The notes below the pieces were generated by a model. It saw only the letters and a program-made list of their open reading frames with translations, ran no database searches and was not told the origin of the DNA. DNA of 24,240 nucleotides from Deferrisomatales bacterium (GTDB lineage Bacteria; Desulfobacterota; Deferrisomatia; Deferrisomatales; JACRMM01), in contig JAWSUI010000022.1 in NCBI GenBank assembly GCA_033551855.1, positions 31,770-56,009 of the forward strand, read 5' to 3'. Both the position numbers and the translations under genes were made by a program. Shown here piece by piece: positions 16,815-24,240 of this stretch (position 1 is its first letter; each line of letters begins with the position of its first letter).

Positions 16815-17972
16815 TCAGCGGGAGTCCCCCGCCCGCTCCATGCCCTGCGGTTCATGCCGCCTCACCGTCTCTACTACCCGCTCCAGGTCGGCGTCAGTCA
16901 TGGCCGTGCCCGAGGGCAGGCACAGCCCTCGGGCGAAGAGCTCTTCGCTCACCGCGCCGCCGGCCACCCGGCACCCCGAAAAGACTGGCTGCAGGTGCAT
17001 GGGCTTCCACACGGGCCGAGCTTCAATGTTCTTCGCCTCCAGGGCTTTGCGTACCGCCTCCCGATCCGCCCCGAAGGCCTCCGGATCGATCGTGAGCACC
17101 GTAAGCCAGCGGGTGCACCGGCCGTAGGGTGCCTCGGGCATGAGCTCGATTCCGGGAAGGTCCCCCAAAGACTCACGGTAGAACGCAAAGATCTCGCGCT
17201 TGCGCCGCACCCGGTCCTCCAGGGCGCGCAGCTGCCCCCGGCCGATGGCGGCCAACACGTTGCTCAGGCGGTAGTTGTAGCCGATGGTCGAGTGCTCGTA
17301 GTGGGACGCGGGGTCGCGGGCTTGCTGGGAGAGGAAGCGGGCCTTCTCGATCAGCGCCCCGTCGTCGGAGCAGAGCATCCCTCCCCCGGAGGTGGTGATG
17401 ATCTTGTTCCCGTTGAAGGAGAACACGGCCGCCCGGGCGCCCACCCCCGCGTGGCGGCCCTTGTAGGTCGCCCCCACCGCCTCGGCGGAGTCGGTCACCA
17501 CCGGGATGCCGTAGGGCGAGCAGATCTCGAGGATGCGGTCCATGTCGCAGCACTGGCCGTAGAGGTCGGTTGGCACTACCGCTTTCGGCAGGCGCCCCCT
17601 GCACCGGCACGCGTCGAGCTCTTCGGCCAAGAGGCTCGGGTCCATGTTCCACGTCGCCCGGTCCGCGTCAACGAACACGGGAACCGCCCCCTGGAAGGTT
17701 GCCGGCGTGACGCTCCCGATGAAGGTCAGGGTGGATGTGATGACCTCGTCGCCGGGGCCGACCCCAAGTAGCCGCAGCGCCAGGTGCATGGCCGCCGTCC
17801 CGCTGGAGACCGCCACCGCGTGAGAAATGCCCGTATACTCGGCAAACTCCGCCTCGAAGGCGTCCACCATTGGCCCTACCGGCGCGATGTAGTTCGAGGC
17901 GAAGGCCTCGTGGACGAGACTGAGCTCTTCGCCGGAGAGGTGGGGAGGGGAGAGGAAGAGGCGTGACGGCAT
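16815..17972 (-). CDS. DegT/DnrJ/EryC1/StrS PLP aminotransferase, PglE-like (385 aa)
   Basis: LFLSPPHL, SSGTAAMHLAL, DSAEAVG, FSFNGNKIITTSGGG (PLP Lys), GYNYRLSN, RPVWKPMHLQP, GLCLPSG. Confidence 0.95.
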   Translation of the reverse strand: MPSRLFLSPPHLSGEELSLVHEAFASNYIAPVGPMVDAFEAEFAEYTGISHAVAVSSGTAAMHLALRLLGVGPGDEVITSTLTFIGSVTPATFQGAVPVFVDADRATWNMDPSLLAEELDACRCRGRLPKAVVPTDLYGQCCDMDRILEICSPYGIPVVTDSAEAVGATYKGRHAGVGARAAVFSFNGNKIITTSGGGMLCSDDGALIEKARFLSQQARDPASHYEHSTIGYNYRLSNVLAAIGRGQLRALEDRVRRKREIFAFYRESLGDLPGIELMPEAPYGRCTRWLTVLTIDPEAFGADREAVRKALEAKNIEARPVWKPMHLQPVFSGCRVAGGAVSEELFARGLCLPSGTAMTDADLERVVETVRRHEPQGMERAGDSR

Positions 17973-18015
17973 GGACGGCAACTTTCCGCTAGGATGTCGA
18001 CGGTTGCGGGCATCG

Positions 18016-18414
18016 CTACCGAAAGGGGTTGCGGATCACCAGTCGGTCGTCGATGCGCTGGCCGTCCTGAAAGTCCTCCGAGTATAGGGTGTTGCACCCT
18101 GCGAAAAGGGCGGAGGCGATGATCAGTGCGTCGTACAAGGAGAATCCGAAGCGCTCCGCTACGGTCAGGCCGAGGTCGTGGATTTGGGAGGTAACGGGCT
18201 CCACCGCGCAGAGCTCGCGAAGGGGGGCGAGGACGTCCCGGACCTCCGGATAGGTCATCCGGAGTTTCCGGGTGGCCACCGACGCGAACTCGTTCAGCAC
18301 TTGGACGCTGATCACACCCCCACCCCCCATCACCGCTTCCGCCCGGTCTGCCTTGGGTCCGTCTTCAGAGAGAAGATACAGAAGCACGTTCGTGTCGAAG
18401 AACGCCCTACCCAT
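18016..18414 (-). CDS. vapC: PIN-domain toxin, VapC-like (132 aa)
   Basis: FFDTNVLLY, ISVQVLNEF, SLYDALIIASAL, LYSEDFQDG; start at 18414 overlaps the antitoxin stop. Confidence 0.92.
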   Translation of the reverse strand: MGRAFFDTNVLLYLLSEDGPKADRAEAVMGGGGVISVQVLNEFASVATRKLRMTYPEVRDVLAPLRELCAVEPVTSQIHDLGLTVAERFGFSLYDALIIASALFAGCNTLYSEDFQDGQRIDDRLVIRNPFR

Positions 18415-18643
18415 CGCGTTCGTGCGCCTCGAGGCGGTCGAAGCGGAAGTCGGCAGGCAGCCGGCCTCGATACTTCCGCAAGCGGGCAAGAAGCTCCCGG
18501 GCCCCAGGCTTCTTGCTCACTGCCAGCGTCCGGGCGTCGAGCACTTCGATGCGAACATCGTCGCCCTCCCGGATCTCCAGCGCTTCCACCACGGCCGCGG
18601 GAAGGCGGACGGCCAGGCTGTTACCCCACTTGGCTACTTGCAC
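18407..18643 (-). CDS. AbrB/MazE/SpoVT-family antitoxin (78 aa)
   Basis: GTG after GAGGAGGG; VAKWGNSLAVRLP...LEIREGDDV, C-terminal LPADFRFDR.EAHER. Confidence 0.92.
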   Translation of the reverse strand: MQVAKWGNSLAVRLPAAVVEALEIREGDDVRIEVLDARTLAVSKKPGARELLARLRKYRGRLPADFRFDRLEAHERDG

Positions 18644-18662
18644 AGTGCCCTCCTCTCCCCAG

Positions 18663-18687
18663 GATATACACGCCACGACTGTATATC
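18663..18687. promoter_or_regulatory. Inverted repeat, probable autoregulatory operator of the TA module
   Basis: GATATACA-N9-TGTATATC, perfect 8-bp arms, AT-rich in GC-rich DNA, 20 nt upstream of the antitoxin start. Confidence 0.7.
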
Positions 18688-18921
18688 ATGTCGGGCCCCT
18701 CATCAAGCCCCGCAGCGCCAAGCGCATGGCCATCGTGCCGCTGGAGACCGCCACCGCGTGCCGATCCCGGTGTACGCGGCGAACTCCGCCTCGAAGGCGT
18801 CCATCATCGGCCCTACCGGCGCGATGTAGTTTGACGCGAAGGCCTTGTGGACGAGGGTCAGCTCCTCGCCGGAGAGGTGGGGAGGGGAGAGGAAGAGGCG
18901 GCGGCTTGGCTCGGCGCTCAT
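18686..18921 (-). pseudogene. Truncated and frameshifted 5' fragment of a DegT/PglE-like aminotransferase
   Basis: ATG at 18921 overlaps the acetyltransferase stop (ATGA). Reads MSAEPSRRLFLSPPHL...YTGI, has a 1-nt deletion near 18761, then HAVAVSSGTMAMRLALRGLMRGPT* ending at the TA operator. Confidence 0.88.
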
Positions 18922-19579
18922 GGGACTCTTGGTGCGGGCGGGGTGCGCTGGAGCGGCCGCGCCGGAACACCCACTGCCGTGACGCCGGGGGGGATGTCTC
19001 TCGTCACCACGGCGCCGGCGCCCACGATGGTGCCCGCGCCAATGGAAACCCCCTGGATGATCGCCGCACCGGTGCCGATGTCGGCGCCCTCCCCGATCCG
19101 AACCGCGCCCGAGACGTTCACCCCCGGCGCCACGGTCACGTAATCGGAGAGCACCGCGTCGTGGCCGATCGTGCAGTTGAGGTTCACGATCACGTGGTCC
19201 CCGAGGGCGATGTCCGTCGTGATCTTGTTGCCGGCACAGACGATCGTGCCCCGCCCCAGCGTGACGCCGTCGCCGATCCAGGCCAGAGGGTGGACCAGCG
19301 TGGCGAAGCGGTCCGCACCCGCCGCCCGAAGCTCCTCGGCGACCCTCTTCTTCGAGACTGGGTTCCCGATGGCCACCGCCACCAGCACCCTCGGCCGCAC
19401 CCGGAGCCAATCGGCCCCGCCGAGCACAGGAAAGCCGTGCACATCGAGACCGTGTCGCGAGGGGTTGCCGTCCAAAATCCGAGAAATCGCCAAGTCGGGG
19501 TGACTCGATTCAGATCCTTGACCACCTGGTGGACCTCTCTCGCGAATCCGCCCGTCCCGAACAGCACCAGGTCTTCCAT
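18918..19579 (-). pseudogene. Sugar N/O-acetyltransferase, PglD/NeuD-like, split by a 1-nt frameshift
   Basis: MEDLVLFGTGGFAREV...WRFLGF in one frame and LDGNPSRHG...VAIGNP...LVHP..hexapeptide repeats..IGHD...GVPAR in another; one T missing in the T4 run (A4 at 19474-19477). Could be a sequencing error. Confidence 0.8.
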
Positions 19580-19580
19580 G

Positions 19581-20195
19581 TCACCTCGCCTCGCCGCTCT
19601 CGGGCGGAGACCCCAGGAACTCCGGCATCGTCGCGTGCCCCTCCGCGCTGACGCCCTCGCGCATGAGTACCTGCCGGACCGTGCGCCACAGGATCTTCAC
19701 GTCGAGCCCGATCGACCGGTTCTCCACATACCACACGTCGAGCTCGAACTTCTCCTCCCATGTCAGGGCGTTGCGGCCGTTCACCTGTGCCCAGCCCGTG
19801 ATGCCCGGCCGCACCTCGTGACGCCGGAACTGGCGCGGCGTGTACCGGGGCAGGTAGCGCATGAGGAGCGGTCGGGGACCAACCAGGCTCATATCCCCCT
19901 TCACAACGTTGAACAGCTCCGGAAGCTCATCCAGGCTGGTCGCTCGGAGTAACCTGCCGAACCGCGTCAGACGCGATGCGTCGGGCAAGAACTCGCCGTC
20001 ACGGCCCCGCTCGTCGGTCATGGTCCGGAACTTATACATCCGGAAGGGGCGCCCTCCAAGCCCGGGCCGAACTTGGATGAATAGTACCGGGCTCCCGAGG
20101 CGCAATCTGACCAGAATGCCAAGGAGCGCGAGAAGGGGCGAGGCAGCAATCAGGCCAGGTAATGCAAGCACAAGGTCGAAAGATCGTTTGATCAC
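19581..20195 (-). CDS. Undecaprenyl-phosphate phosphoglycosyltransferase (sugar transferase), PglC-like
   Basis: IKRSFDL + single TM, KFRTM, LRATSLDELPEL.NV.KGDMSLVGPRP, RPGITGWAQVNGRN, D.WYV.N.S..LD. Confidence 0.95.
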   Translation of the reverse strand: MIKRSFDLVLALPGLIAASPLLALLGILVRLRLGSPVLFIQVRPGLGGRPFRMYKFRTMTDERGRDGEFLPDASRLTRFGRLLRATSLDELPELFNVVKGDMSLVGPRPLLMRYLPRYTPRQFRRHEVRPGITGWAQVNGRNALTWEEKFELDVWYVENRSIGLDVKILWRTVRQVLMREGVSAEGHATMPEFLGSPPESGEAR

Positions 20196-20210
20196 GTCAT
20201 TCCCAACGAC

Positions 20211-21428
20211 CTAGGCCGTTTGCGCCAAGCGCTCCACTAGTTCGACGAACTGCCGAGCCTGGTGATCTCGGTGGAAGTTCTCTGCCACGTATCTGCGCGC
20301 CGCACGCCCCATTGCTCGGGCCCTCTCTGGGGCCCGCGCCAGTTGTAGGACGGCGTCGGCCAGCAACTCTGGCTTGCTTGGGGTCACGAAAAGCCCCCCC
20401 TTGCAGGCCTCCACAAGTTCTCGAATCACTCCGTCGATGGCCAAGACCGTGGGCCGTCCCGCGGCCATGTAGTCGAAAACCTTGTTGGGGTAAGTCGTGC
20501 GGAACATGGGGATGTCCTGGAGCGTGGCAAGGCACGCATCGGACGCAGCGAGCACCTCCGCTATTTGGGACTTCGGGACGGCGCCCGTGAAGGTGACGTT
20601 CCCGAGGCTGAGTTCAGCGGCCATCCTCTCAAGATTGGGCCGCTCCTTGCCGTCGCCCACCAGTAGGAAGCGAATGCCGGCCTCGTCGCGCAACCGAGCG
20701 GCGGCCCGCAGGATGGTTGGAATGTCGTTGGCGAGACCGAGAGCTCCGGCGTAGGTGGCCACGAAATCAATGCCCAGGTTCCAACGGGCGCGGAGTTCCT
20801 CCCCTCGGGCCTCTGGGTCGAAGAGGTCGGGGTCCACACCGTTGGCTATCAGGCTCACTTTGCAGTCCGGAACCCCTTTCCGGACTAGATAATCTCGGTA
20901 CGCCGGCGAGTTCACCAGGATGTGGGTCGCCCGCCGGTAGAGGAAGGACTCGAGGCGGCGCGAGAGGTAGATCAGCACCGGATTCCGGAGCACGCCGAGG
21001 TCCACCGCGAACTCGGGCCAGAGGTCCCGGATCTCGAGGAGGAACGGCCGTCGCCGCAGGGCCGCGATGACCCAGGCCGATACGGCCTGGAAAATGGGCG
21101 GGGAGGTGCCCATCACGACGTCCACAGGCCCGGCCCGCATGCCCTTCCAGGCGGAGGAGACCATGAAGGTCAGGAAGGAGAAGACCCGCCACACGAAGCT
21201 ACGGTGCAGGTTCGGGTGGGTGTACGCGCGGAGCACCCGAACCCCTTTGATCACCTCCTCCTCGCCATGCCTTCCAATCCGCTCTCCCGTAATATAGCTC
21301 CGGTCGCTAGCTATGATGGTCAAGTCGTGCCCCACCTTGGCGAGCCGTTGCCCGAACTCGAAGTGGCGGGTGCCGCCAGCCTCGCCAGGAGATACGAAGG
21401 CTTGGTGTATCAGAAGAATCCGCATCAC
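20211..21428 (-). CDS. Glycosyltransferase family 4 (WbuB-like)
   Basis: MRILLIHQ, GTSPPIF, EIRDLWPE, IANGVD, YAGALG.AN, VGDG.ER, PNKVFDYMAAGRP; start GTG 21428 or ATG 21425. Confidence 0.92.
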   Translation of the reverse strand: MMRILLIHQAFVSPGEAGGTRHFEFGQRLAKVGHDLTIIASDRSYITGERIGRHGEEEVIKGVRVLRAYTHPNLHRSFVWRVFSFLTFMVSSAWKGMRAGPVDVVMGTSPPIFQAVSAWVIAALRRRPFLLEIRDLWPEFAVDLGVLRNPVLIYLSRRLESFLYRRATHILVNSPAYRDYLVRKGVPDCKVSLIANGVDPDLFDPEARGEELRARWNLGIDFVATYAGALGLANDIPTILRAAARLRDEAGIRFLLVGDGKERPNLERMAAELSLGNVTFTGAVPKSQIAEVLAASDACLATLQDIPMFRTTYPNKVFDYMAAGRPTVLAIDGVIRELVEACKGGLFVTPSKPELLADAVLQLARAPERARAMGRAARRYVAENFHRDHQARQFVELVERLAQTA

Positions 21429-22807
21429 GAGCCCTCCCGGAATGGGGGCGCGAGCGGGCGCGGAACTACAACCATAGCCGGTGGTCGGTCAGGTGACGCT
21501 CTCAAGGCCACCGGCACCGCGCCCATCGATCCCGGGCCGTGTCTGTTTCTCTCACTTCCTGGAATGCCCGCGATGTCAGGCAGTCCTGGCGAGGGAAAAG
21601 GGATGCTCCCCCCTGGAAGGATCGGCGCTCCGCCAAAGGCCCGTGGCCGAAACGTGCAGAACAGAAGGAAAATGAACGCACTTCTGGAGTCGAAGAGATC
21701 CCCGCTGAACTGAGAGGACATCAGGGCGAGGACCAGTGCAGCCACAGTAGCGGCATCGACTCGCCGGCGAGACCTAATCATCTGTGCTCCGGCGAGGCCC
21801 AAGGCTGCCGCGATCAGGCCTAGGCCAGCCATGCCGGTCTCGCTGAAGACCTCGAGAAACAGGTTGTGGGGATAAACATGAAGGCCGGTAGAGGCGAACC
21901 CACCCAAGCCCGCGCCCACAAATGGGTTCTCGCTGCCGAGTTTGAGTGCGGCCCGGTAGATCTCCGTCCGCCCTGACGTGTACTGTTCCTCGATCGTGAG
22001 CTCTACAATCCGTCGACCGTACATGCTCGCGACGGACTCGCCGAAAGGTGTCCAGAAAACGATGGCAGCACTCGTCACCGCGCCAGCCAATCCCACGATA
22101 GCTACCTTCCAAAACGGAACTCGTTCCAAGACGAAAAAGACCGCAACAGCGCAGACGACCGAAACCAGGGCTCCCCGGGAACCCGAGGAAACGACGAGAA
22201 GCGAGCTTACCGCAACAAGCGGGAGGATCACGGACACCGGTACGCCTCTTCGCCATATTCTCAGAGAACCGAGAAGGCACAGACCCATCAGCCTCCCAAA
22301 AACGATCGGCCCTCCGCCAAGGACAGATATTCTTTCTCCCTCGGGGCCGCTTGCCTGATATACCCCAAAGAGGGCAAGCATCGCCGTGCCAATGAACAGT
22401 GTTATCCAAAATGCATCTAAGATATAGAATTCTTTTGACATGCCCAGAGTAATAATTAAAAATAAAGAAAACAGAAGCAATAATACCACGTCGTAGAGCT
22501 TGTCACCCACAGTATAATCTGCGGAAGACCAAAGGCTTGACGCAATAACGAAAGCCAGAAACACAACCAGTAACAAGGCTGCTGCTGGCACTTTGAGCAG
22601 AGTTGTTTGCGCCGCTGAGGCGGAGAGCAGCGCCATCGCGAGAACCGCCGAGAGACCGACGACCCAAAGGCGCGGTTCAGCCAGGAAATCTCTTCCGTCC
22701 CATTCGAAGAGCCGAGCCAGATCCCAGCGACCTGAAATCACAAAACCCGCCACCATCACGCCCATGGCGCTCTCAAGAAAGTTATTTGCTGTGAGCCTCT
22801 TTCTCAT
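21425..22807 (-). CDS. O-antigen ligase/polymerase family membrane protein (Wzy-like)
   Basis: About 10-11 hydrophobic segments, SGSRG, SGR..IY..A......NP..G.GLGGF, YPHNLFLE...E.G..GL. Confidence 0.85.
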   Translation of the reverse strand: MRKRLTANNFLESAMGVMVAGFVISGRWDLARLFEWDGRDFLAEPRLWVVGLSAVLAMALLSASAAQTTLLKVPAAALLLVVFLAFVIASSLWSSADYTVGDKLYDVVLLLLFSLFLIITLGMSKEFYILDAFWITLFIGTAMLALFGVYQASGPEGERISVLGGGPIVFGRLMGLCLLGSLRIWRRGVPVSVILPLVAVSSLLVVSSGSRGALVSVVCAVAVFFVLERVPFWKVAIVGLAGAVTSAAIVFWTPFGESVASMYGRRIVELTIEEQYTSGRTEIYRAALKLGSENPFVGAGLGGFASTGLHVYPHNLFLEVFSETGMAGLGLIAAALGLAGAQMIRSRRRVDAATVAALVLALMSSQFSGDLFDSRSAFIFLLFCTFRPRAFGGAPILPGGSIPFPSPGLPDIAGIPGSERNRHGPGSMGAVPVALRASPDRPPAMVVVPRPLAPPFREGS

Positions 22808-24087
22808 GAATTGTCTACCAATGGCTTCACCTTAGAGGCAATCGCAGCTGAATACCAAACAACCTGCACTAAAGACGCGATCAGCATCGCCCATGCGGCC
22901 CCCGTGATTCCGAAGCGGGGAATAAGAATCATACACATCGCGGTGATTGTGGCAAGTCCCGTCAAGAGGATTTGCACCTGAACGCCAATAAGTCGCAGTG
23001 CGGTGGCAGTATGCTCTAGAGATGCTGTGATATACATCGGTATTCCAGCCGCCATCAGCACCACAAACGTATCGCTATGTTCCGCGTATACGGTGCCATA
23101 AATTAGTCGCAAGAGGTGTTCTCCCAACACAAACGATGCCGTAACAATGGCAAGACCGATGCATAAATCGATGCCAAGGACCTTCAGTATCAGATTAACA
23201 AACGATTTCATAGCGCCATTAGCGAAATGCTGAGACAAGCGCGAGTTAATCGCATAGTTTAAGGCCAAAACAAAACGTGCGCCGACCATAAGTATGTATG
23301 CAAGTGCCGAAAAAATCCCTACCTCCTCCATGGTGAGATGTCGCTCGATAAAGAGGCGCGGAATGCTGGATTGCAGAGACCACAAGAAACCTGAAATTCC
23401 TAGGGGGAAAGCGACGAACGCGAGACGGCGCAGCATTCGCCATCTGACCGAAGTTGCGCCGCGATTACGGACCGCACCCCCGGCGCTGAGTGAAATCGAC
23501 CTCGGGAAATCGTAACCTATGGCTACCAAGAGCCAAGTGAGGATCATAGCAGCGAGCCCGACCATCAGGTTACCCGAAAAATAAAGTCCAAGGTACATCC
23601 CTGCCACGGAAGCTATGCCCTTCGTTGACACAGATATGCAGACAATATCCATTCGTTCAATTTTCTGAAACAAGCCATGGGATATATCTGTTAGAGACTC
23701 GATGCCCTTTGCTGCAGCAACTAAGGTGACAACAAGAAATGTCTCTCTAGAATATCCAAGTAACGAGCAAGCCAGCATTGTAGTTGCGAATGCCAGGACT
23801 GTTGTGATAGCCCGCAATGCCATGTATTCAGAAAATCGGTACTCTCCCTTGGCATCGGTAGCCTGCATGCTGCGAAGGTTAAAATTGAACAGGAAGTTTA
23901 TCGGGGCAGATAATGCTAGCCCAAGCGCAAACTGGCCGACAGCACTCGGATTGCACATTCTCGCAATGAGAACAATGATAACCCATTGCGTTACTCCATA
24001 AATCATATAACCCAAGAAACTCCACCAGAAGTTTCTTCGCAGGGAGCGGGCGGGCGCTGAGAACAGCAAGGCAACTAGTTTTCGCAT
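22804..24087 (-). CDS. Oligosaccharide flippase (Wzx-like)
   Basis: NF.WS..G......QW, GQFALGLA, about 12 TM segments, PR.FIE......VGIF, LIPRFG..GAAWA; ATGA overlap with the wzy-like gene. Confidence 0.88.
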   Translation of the reverse strand: MRKLVALLFSAPARSLRRNFWWSFLGYMIYGVTQWVIIVLIARMCNPSAVGQFALGLALSAPINFLFNFNLRSMQATDAKGEYRFSEYMALRAITTVLAFATTMLACSLLGYSRETFLVVTLVAAAKGIESLTDISHGLFQKIERMDIVCISVSTKGIASVAGMYLGLYFSGNLMVGLAAMILTWLLVAIGYDFPRSISLSAGGAVRNRGATSVRWRMLRRLAFVAFPLGISGFLWSLQSSIPRLFIERHLTMEEVGIFSALAYILMVGARFVLALNYAINSRLSQHFANGAMKSFVNLILKVLGIDLCIGLAIVTASFVLGEHLLRLIYGTVYAEHSDTFVVLMAAGIPMYITASLEHTATALRLIGVQVQILLTGLATITAMCMILIPRFGITGAAWAMLIASLVQVVWYSAAIASKVKPLVDNS

Positions 24088-24240
24088 GAGAAAACGTGAC
24101 GAAGCACGAGAAGAGATCCCTCAGGATCCAGCGCCTGCAATGCACTTAGTGCGCGCCATCGCACCCGGATGATCCTAGGTCGGCAACCAGCAATTCCCGG
24201 GCACGGCTGAAACGGCGGAAACTGGGGCCTCTTGAGCGTA

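Larger units (their letters stand above)
17771..18902. repeat. Diverged ~190-bp direct repeats (17771-17963 and 18711-18902) flanking the AbrB-VapC module
   Basis: Both copies encode RLFLSPPHLSGEEL..VH.AFASNYIAPVGPM.DAFEAEFA.YTGI.HAVAVSSGT.AM.LALR; about 23 differences over ~190 nt by manual count. Confidence 0.9.

Noticed and set aside
18016..18690. Insertion sequence carrying the TA module
   Set aside because: No transposase, terminal inverted repeats or short target-site duplication visible.
24088..24240. 3' end of an upstream minus-strand gene
   Set aside because: Likely present, but all three frames are open for a stretch and none gives a recognisable motif, so no frame can be supported.

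Overview
GC-rich (about 70% by eye) bacterial chromosome segment dominated by surface-polysaccharide and nucleotide-sugar genes; the gene style suggests a deltaproteobacterial/Desulfobacterota-like host (inference only). Left, minus strand: UDP-glucuronate 4-epimerase, a WbpP/TviC-like epimerase, ManC and an MBL-fold hydrolase whose motifs match the Apyc1 cyclic-nucleotide phosphodiesterase family. Divergent plus-strand run: nitroreductase, PGM/PMM, a glyoxalase-II-like MBL protein, coaBC, ugd, galE, a cupin and an MNT-HEPN toxin-antitoxin pair. A solitary nik(MN)-type gene converges on that run and has a candidate NikR operator. Right, minus strand: the distal part of a Wzx/Wzy glycan cluster (wzx, wzy-like, GT4, pglC-, pglD-, pglE- and pglF-like) with GC falling to about 50% at wzx. 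In this cluster the pglD-like gene is frameshifted in a T-run. An AbrB-VapC module sits between a dead 5' copy and an intact, diverged copy of the aminotransferase. Degenerate 7-bp tandem arrays overlap the stop codons of three sugar epimerase/dehydratase genes, and 6-bp arrays occur in two intergenic regions. No rRNA, tRNA, CRISPR array, transposase or integrase was seen.
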